Below are positions 58,401 to 64,000 of a DNA stretch of 64,000 bases, in pieces. The stretch lies in the NCBI GenBank assembly GCA_950097015.1, contig CATNEN010000037.1:1364001-1428000 (forward strand), written 5' to 3'. The DNA is from Macrostomum hystrix (taxonomy: Eukaryota; Animalia; Platyhelminthes). The first letter of the stretch is position 1. Every line of letters begins with the position of its first letter. The position numbers and the translations under genes are program-made. The notes beneath the pieces are model-generated. The model saw only the letters and a program-made list of their open reading frames with translations, had not been told where the DNA came from and searched no databases.

Positions 58401-60020
58401 TGTCAGTGTCTATCGGGGATTTGTCAGTGTCTATCGGGGATTTGTCAGTGTCTATCGGGGATTTTTCAATGTCGATGGGGATTTGTCAGTGTCTATCGGG
58501 GATTTTTCAATGGAGGATTTGTCTATGGGGATTTGTCGATGTCGATGGGAGATAATTCAATGATCGATGAAATATTTTTGTTCTTGATTATGGATTTGCG
58601 CCCGATGATGACAGATGGCAGTCAGCAAGAGTTTTTTTATTTACCCATGAGTTGCCGATAATTAAATGGAATTTCAACACTATTAGCAATTTAATTATAG
58701 TTACGGTTAGACTGGTTAAACCAGGATTATTGATGCTCTGCACAGACACTAGCAGTAGGTATACAAGGCACAGACAGTCAGTTCCGTTGGATGTTTCCAT
58801 CTCTAAAAATTCATGTTCAATCAGAATAGACCAAATTATAGATGAGGTAGAAAATAGGTAGCCAAACCTTAGGAAACACTTGGACCTGATCCTCTCACCT
58901 CTTGCGCGAGTAGTCAAAACTTTTCTGAGTCTGTCAATAACTTCTGCCGATATTGAATCAGCTGGAAGGCCGCGCAACAGCTTCAGGGCCGTCTGGCAGC
59001 TCCGTAGTAGGCGAGCGCTGCCTGCAGGACTAGTGGGGTAGTGAGAACAGTGTTTTAAGGTCTAAGGACCAAGGTCTAAGGACCAAGGTCTAAGGACCAA
59101 GGTCTAAGGACCAAGGTCTAAGGACCAAGGTCTAAGGACCAAGGTCTAAGGACCAAGGTCTAAGGACCAAGGTCTAAGGACCAAGGTCTAAGGACCAAGG
59201 TCTAAGGACCAAGGTCTAAGGACCAAGGTCTAAGGACCAAGGTCTAAGGACCAAGGTCTAAGGACCAAGGTCTAAGGACCAAGGTCTAAGGACCAAGGTC
59301 TAAGGACCAAGGTCTAAGGACCAAGGTCTAAGGACCAAGGTCTAAGGACCAAGGTCTAAGGACCAAGGTCTAAGGACCAAGGTCTAAGGACCAAGGTCTA
59401 AGGACCAAGGTCTAAGGACCAAAGTCTAAGGACCAAAGTCTAAGGACCAAGGTCTAAGGACTCAATTCTGAAGACCCAAAGCAAGATGCAGAGCGTAACA
59501 ACAAGATAAAAACTCACCTGTCATAAATATCTGTGACAGTATGATCAAGAAGCCGGTGACAGAAACTTTCTGGAAGGCCTAAAGTTACAAAAAACTTCAT
59601 TTTGAATTTACTAATTTTACTAGCAGCGGTTCTACATCAGACAGACAGAACTGACCAAATTTGGCCTGCAAGATGTACTCCGAAGCTGACATTAGTATTT
59701 CCCGGCCGGGCTGGCTATTTAACAAAAGCAGGCAGTGGGACTGAACCTCATCAGATGGTAGCTGCTTCAGCTTTCTGCAATTGATGTAAGTGATCCTGGT
59801 ACGATTCCAGCTAGTGATCCTGGTAAGATTCTAGCTAGTGATCCTGGTACGATTCCAGCTAGTGATCCTGGTACGATTTTAGCCAGCAAGTTTTTACACC
59901 ATCATACAGACAATCTCACCCAACAATGATGTACTTCTTCTTCCGACTGACATCGGAGCTGGCCAATTCGCTCACCAGATGGCTCACACTGCAACCGTCG
60001 CCAGCTCTGCTGTCCTGCAT
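37457..60020 (-). CDS. THADA: THADA (Trm732 orthologue; DUF2428 ARM-repeat protein), more than 20 exons
   Basis: Hand-spliced exons include 60020-59920, 59774-59656, 59578-59518, 59029-58899, 58055-57871, 57371-57306, 57229-57106, 51700-51458, 49053-48934, 47925-47803, 47130-47039 and 40868-40193. Motifs [89 protein letters not shown]. Two 5' junctions (about 58720 and 56240-56970) were not resolved, and the 3' end is approximate. Confidence 0.9.
37675..37870 (-). repeat. 36-bp repeat, in frame ([13 protein letters not shown]) in the THADA 3' region
   Basis: About 4 copies, with no stop in the THADA frame. Confidence 0.85.
38350..38720. repeat. 24-bp pyrimidine-rich minisatellite (THADA intron)
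   Basis: Unit ttcttcctccgtttctctccccaa. Confidence 0.9.
38883..39175 (+). mobile_element. SINE family A copy
   Basis: A box tggcggagcggtctaacgc, variant B box gagctcgattcc, hairpin at 39050-39092. Confidence 0.85.
39822..40025 (-). mobile_element. SINE family B copy
   Basis: tRNA-like head (ggttcgattcccgactcc). The 3' body is near-identical to 57434-57520. Confidence 0.8.
40905..41350. repeat. About 17-18-bp minisatellite (THADA intron)
   Basis: Unit ctcaccctgacccacag. Confidence 0.92.
42015..43502 (+). CDS. Intronless class A (rhodopsin-like) peptide-type GPCR nested antisense in THADA intron 40869-44668
   Basis: Seven hydrophobic segments: GNLLT (TM1), IALSD (TM2), C..MTLDRL (TM3), FLVSGLP (TM6), INQAVNW (TM7). 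(HDQQ)n C-tail. Confidence 0.88.
   Translation: MLTWPPEQRREMLRRYLNDSYLDTLLDTHVDCLVDSSSLDCATATALGILAGIVVPATVAMGTVGNLLTVHVVMSRIKHRSRLHFYLACIALSDWGNLISWGLGWQILAKGLPWLTDGQVGIIIPNVSDAVCRMFRFVHNFFHALSANWFLLMTLDRLNALYRPLAARSLSLRSAARAAGLGLVITLLMTAPVPAFWGWYRLIHAGAGRIACLQVPFYGEVIRMWTIFSSVLLMLPPTLQMLLVSICNVLLLARLFHYRRTAGKFIGDARRHGGSRFADELAPTLVVVALSIIFLVSGLPICVVGFVVMQRTVFGDGGDKGDGGGEVISLRSVYNIGDIGQILILINQAVNWAVLLWKDRQFRDGFLAVIRRSPSSRDQRTSAVGWQLRERPGDRRQEADIRRDYSHDPMGSGIRNSSQQQAETASQHEQQHDQQHDQQHDQQHDQQHDQHHDQKHDQQHDQQHDQQHDQQHDQHHDQHEPHCSQHEQQIEVSMM
43735..44425. repeat. 24-bp (2x12) minisatellite
   Basis: Unit aaaccagtgggtaaaccagttgat. Confidence 0.96.
44845..46810. repeat. About 35-bp minisatellite (THADA intron)
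   Basis: Unit ggtcattcggtgggtcattcagtggacttccagta. Confidence 0.96.
47225..47690. repeat. Purine-rich (GAAGAG)n low-complexity tract
   Basis: gaggaa/ggaata repeats inside a THADA intron. Confidence 0.9.
47980..48895. repeat. About 21-bp G-rich minisatellite
   Basis: Unit gaggaaactgacgggaaggga. Confidence 0.94.
49318..49618 (-). mobile_element. SINE family A copy, near full length
   Basis: Same head and body as the other family A copies, with an AT-rich (att) tail. Confidence 0.85.
50030..51235. repeat. 24-bp (12-bp subunit) minisatellite
   Basis: Unit ttcttgctgcgattcttgatgcat. Confidence 0.96.
51770..52485. repeat. 18-bp/36-bp minisatellite
   Basis: gggattctaaatggatct alternating with gggattcaagatggattc. 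Confidence 0.95.
53320..53440. repeat. 20-bp repeat filling a short THADA intron
   Basis: gatgatggactgtgagactg x5-6. Confidence 0.9.
53780..54205. repeat. 20-bp minisatellite
   Basis: Unit atgactgttttcagttggcg. Confidence 0.92.
54945..55145. repeat. 20-bp purine minisatellite
   Basis: Unit gagaagagggagaggtgggt. Confidence 0.92.
56245..56735. repeat. 23-bp minisatellite
   Basis: Unit gagtactggacaataagggttgt. Confidence 0.95.
57434..57670 (-). mobile_element. SINE family B copy (a second tRNA-like head follows at 57700-57790)
   Basis: Minus strand GGGGTGCAGCCTAGTGTTTAGAGCG (A box)...GGTTTCGATTCCCGAC (B box), then a body with the cagtccatggactg palindrome. Confidence 0.82.
58075..58550. repeat. 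21-bp minisatellite
   Basis: Unit tcggggatttgtcgatgtcta. Confidence 0.94.
59057..59461. repeat. 14-bp near-perfect tandem repeat
   Basis: (aaggtctaaggacc) about 28 times. Confidence 0.97.
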
Positions 60021-60134
60021 CGGAGCTGGAATTTTTTTTACTGAAACATGTGGCCACAGAGTATCGGAGCTGGACTTAAAAAAGAATCTTTGTCATACCT
60101 AACTAACATGCTCGTGGCTCTTATAAAACGTAGC

Positions 60135-60830
60135 TAGCTCTTCAGGAAACCCTCAGTGGTACACAGCTAGTTCTTCAGGAAACATTCAGTGGTACACAGC
60201 TAGCTCTTCAGGAAACCCTCAGTAGTACACAGCTAGCTCTTCAGGAAACATTCAGTGGTACACAGCTAGCTCTTCAGGAAACATTCAGTGGTACACAGCT
60301 AGCTCTTCAGGAAACATTCAGTGGTACACAGCTAGCTCTTCAGGAAACCCTCAGTGGTACACAGCTAGTTCTTCAGGAAACATTCAGTGGTACACAGCTA
60401 GCTCTTCAGGAAACATTCAGTGGTACACAGCTAGCTCTTCAGGAAACATTCAGTGGTACACAGCTAGCTCTTCAGGAAACATTCAGTGGTACACAGCTAG
60501 CTCTTCAGGAAACATTCAGTGGTACACAGCTAGTTCTTCAGGAAACATTCAGTGGTACACAGCTAGTTCTTCAGGAAACCCTCAGTGGTACACAGCTAGT
60601 TCTTCAGGAAGCATTCAGTGGTACACAGCTAGTTCTTCAGGAAACATTCAGTGGTACACAGCTAGCTCTTCAGGAAACCCTCAGTGGTACACAGCTAGTT
60701 CTTCAGGAAACATTCAGTGGTACACAGCTAGCTCTTCAGGAAACATTCAGTGGTACACAGCTAGTTCTTCAGGAAACATTCAGTGGTACACAGCTAGTTC
60801 TTCAGGAAACCCTCAGTGGTACACAGCTAA
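60135..60830. repeat. 33-bp minisatellite upstream of the THADA start
   Basis: Unit cagtggtacacagctagttcttcaggaaacatt. One more unit resumes at 61160-61200, after the SINE. Confidence 0.95.
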
Positions 60831-60844
60831 ATAATAATAAAAAA

Positions 60845-61158
60845 ACAATAACTGCAGGAGGGCTGCGGGCAATGGCACATCATTTGGTGACACTAGACAC
60901 GCAGCCAGCAAGGAGGCAATTCTGCCCATTTTGCTGACTCCTGAGCACACACTCACACAGGTGTGTACATCAGCCCTGACTTTCTCATCGTCAGACAGTG
61001 TACACTTTCACTGTGCCTTGGAGGTTGGCCCTCAAGGGCGTAAATTGCACGACAACCCACCAAGCCTTCTCTCCGCGGCTGCAGACCAAATAAATGTGGC
61101 CTCGTCGTGGAATCGAGCTCAAGGACCGTGGTTTGAGAGGCAACGCTTTAACGCCCTC
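60845..61158 (-). mobile_element. SINE family A copy, full length, inserted in the minisatellite end
   Basis: Complete head-to-(att)n tail, flanked on both sides by the 33-bp unit. Confidence 0.87.
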
Positions 61159-61611
61159 TCAGTGGTACACAGCCAGTTCTTCAGAAAACCCTCAGTGGTA
61201 CACTGTATTTTTGAATAACCTGTTAGAGCGTCGAGTTTTTACAAAAGAAATTTGAAACGCTAATTCGTTTGTTTTTATTTAAAAAGCTAGATTTAATTAC
61301 ATCAAGGACAGCACTTTAAGTGAAAGTACTTTTTGTAATAATTTATTTAAGCATGCTGCAAAGATTAATAGGTCAATGCAAAGATGAACTACTTAACTAA
61401 TCGGGGGGTCAGCATAGCTCAAAATTTTAGAAAATGCTGTCTTTACTAAATACGAATAAAAAGCTAGGCGTTACGTGCAATCACATATTACATACACATC
61501 ACTATGTAACAGCTAAAACTGCTGCTCTACTTGCAAGGACATTGCAACGCACTGGAGTTGCTGACCAATGATTGATCATTGATCAAAGACCATTGATCGA
61601 TAATAACAGCT

Positions 61612-62512
61612 AGTGAGTCACTGCCCACACCAGAATCCTCCAGTGAGTCACTGCCCACACCACAATCCTCTAGTGAGTCACTGCCCACACCACAATCCTC
61701 CAGTGAGTCACTGCCCACACCACAATCCTCCAGTGAGTCACTGCCCACACCACAATCCTCTAGTGAGTCACTGCCCACACCACAATCCTCCAGTGAGTCA
61801 CTGCCCACACCACAATCCTCTAGTGAGTCACTGCCCACACCACAATCCTCCAGTGAGTCACTGCCCACACCACAATCCTCCAGTGAGTCACTGCCCACAC
61901 CACAATCCTCCAGTGAGTCACTGCCCACACCACAATCCTCTAGTGAGTCACTGCCCACACCACAATCCTCCAGTGAGTCACTGCTCTTACCCCAATCTTC
62001 TAGCGAGTGAGTCACTGCTCTTACCCCAATCTTCTAGCGAGTGAGTCACTGCTCTTACCCCAATCTTCTAGCGAGTGAGTCACTGCCCTCGCCCCAATCC
62101 TCCAGCGAGTCACTGCTCTTACCCCAATCTTCTAGCGAGTGAGTCACTGCCCACACCACGATCCTCTAGTGAGTGAGTCACCGCCCACACCACAATCCTC
62201 CAGCGAGTGAGTCACTGCCCACACCACAATCCTCCAGTGAGTGAGTCACTGCCCACACCACAATCCTCCAGCGAGTGAGTCACTGCCCACACCACAATCC
62301 TCCAGTGAGTCACTACACACACCACAATCCTCCAGCGAGTGAGTCACTGCCCACACCACAATCCTCCAGTGAGTCACTACACACACCACAATCCTCCAGC
62401 GAGTGAGTCACTGCCCACACCACAATCCTCCAGTGAGTGAGTCACTGCCCACACCACAATCCTCCAGTGAGTGAGTCACTGCCCACACCACAATCCTCCA
62501 GTGAGTGAGTCA
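61612..62512. repeat. 30-34-bp minisatellite directly 3' of the COQ7 stop
   Basis: Unit gtgagtcactgcccacaccacaatcctcca. Confidence 0.95.
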
Positions 62513-62526
62513 GACGAGTGAGCGTC

Positions 62527-63935
62527 TCAGATCCTCTCGGACAGGAAGATGGCCGCCTTGCAGCCGGCGCGAATGGCCGCGGTCAGAGCTGGGTAGGCTG
62601 GCGCTGACTCTGCATCCTCGCGCAAGCCGGTGTCATGATGCTCAGCCTCTTCGTCGCGAAATCTGGCAATGACTCGCATGAGGTCGGCGTGCAGCTCAGG
62701 ATTGTCGGCTAGCAGGCTCCTGAGCTGGGCATTGTAGTGCTCCTGAATTTCAGCTTCAACAGCCACGGTGCAGGCCATGGCGGCCTCCTTGCCTAGCAGG
62801 GCGGAACCGGCGCCGAGAGCGAAGCCGGCCACCCGCCAGAACGGCATGAGCAGTGTCGGCCTGGCGCGCAGTGCCGGAATGAGGGCTTCGAATGCGGCCA
62901 GGTGAGCCTTCTCCTGCTCGTGCATGTGCCGGATCAGCGGCCCGGTTGGTGTGGCGCCCAGCACAGCCAGCTGGCCTGCGTAGATTTGATCGGCCCCGAA
63001 TTCGCCTGGCCGGTGGGTTTTAGATTACAGGGGCGCATTGTGAAGCGGATTAGGAGGCCAACTTAGGGTTTGGATTAAGGGTGGATTCAGGTGTGGATTA
63101 AGGGTGGATTTAGGTGTGGATTAAGGGTGGATTCAGGTGTGGATTAAGGGTGGATTTAGGTGTGGATTAAGGGTGGATTCAGGTGTGGATTAAGGGTGGA
63201 TTCAGGTGTGGATTAAGGGTGGATTTAGGTGTGGATTAAGGGTGGATTTAGGTGTGGATTAAGGGTGGATTCAGGTGTGGATTAAGGGTGGATTTAGGTG
63301 TGGATTAAGGGTGGATTTAGGCTTGGATTAAGGGTGGATTCAGGTGTGGATTCAGGTGTGGATTTAGGTTTGGATTAACAGGTTGATTTCGGTTTGGATT
63401 AAGGGTTAATTCAGGTGTGGACTAAAATGTGGATTTAGATGTAGATTAAGGGTGGATTCAGGTGTAAACTAACGGATGGATTCAGGTGGGGATTAAGGAT
63501 GAAGGTCTGGACTGTCAGGTGGATTAAGGTGTAATATGTATATGAATTCATCCCGAGATCCATAATGTTAGTATTATGAACGCCAAGATTTATAATTCTC
63601 AGCAAACACCATAAGAAAGCTCAAAATGTTTGTTATGAGCAGATTAACTCACCAGCGTGATCAACTCGCACAATGCGATCGAGCAAAGCCCTGGTGCCAG
63701 GTGGCAGTTTGGTTACGTCAAGGCTGGCGATGCGTTCTAGAAGCTGGGCTAGCTCTGGGTCGGAATGCAGTGGCGGAGACTGCTGCTGCTGCTGCTGCTG
63801 CTGCTGTTTCTGGTTGTTATCAGAAGACAACAAGCGGCAAATAATAACAGAGGGAGACAATCCACAGATGGGCGAAAATAGGGGGCCGCTGACAGCGCGG
63901 CGGCAAAGACGAGCGCTGAGTAGTAGCTGGGTGGC
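62527..63935 (-). CDS. COQ7: COQ7/clk-1 demethoxyubiquinone hydroxylase, 5'-incomplete in window
   Basis: complement(join(62527..63005,63653..63935)). RVDHAGEFGADQIYAGQ, EQEKAH, TVAVEAEI and DEEAEHHDTG supply the di-iron ligands. There is no Met in the first exon. Confidence 0.95.
63070..63500. repeat. 23-bp minisatellite (COQ7 intron)
   Basis: Unit ggattaagggtggattcaggtgt. Confidence 0.93.
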
Positions 63936-64000
63936 CTGGAGACAGGTTGGGGAATTGGGCTGATAAAATCACTGATAAAATTTGCTTTAGTAAAACGAAA

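Noticed and set aside
10180-63500. Dozens of repetitive ORFs in the track (e.g. [44 protein letters not shown])
   Set aside because: They are stop-free readings of intronic minisatellites, often open in several frames or on both strands, and lie between GT-AG sites of genes that splice in phase without them.

Overview
Eukaryotic, animal-type genomic DNA with spliceosomal GT-AG introns. About a third of the window (roughly 21 kb, my estimate) is tandem minisatellite, with a different unit in almost every intron. This architecture suggests a Macrostomum-like flatworm (inference only). From left to right the window holds: (1) a decayed minus-strand Ty3/Gypsy LTR retrotransposon (about 1127-9685) with a tRNA-Leu PBS that is tandemly duplicated, a GGGAAAC -1 frameshift site and an extra Q/P-rich ORF after pol; (2) six plus-strand genes: ARL6IP1, two enoyl-CoA delta-isomerase paralogues (the first lacks the catalytic Glu), C1GALT1, a 79-aa four-exon NCBP2AS2-like microprotein absent from the ORF track, and a secreted 839-aa protein with an unnamed N-terminal domain fused to WSC domains; (3) tRNA-His(GTG), which lies between the last two of those genes; (4) THADA on the minus strand (about 37457-60020), with an intronless GPCR nested antisense in one intron; (5) COQ7 on the minus strand, lacking an in-window ATG. 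Other elements are a 1.7-kb MULE/foldback-type element with a 9-bp TSD, a 5'-truncated RNase H-bearing LINE and at least two tRNA-derived SINE families. All exon models were spliced and translated by hand, and no database search was run. Most ORF-track entries are artefacts of the minisatellites.
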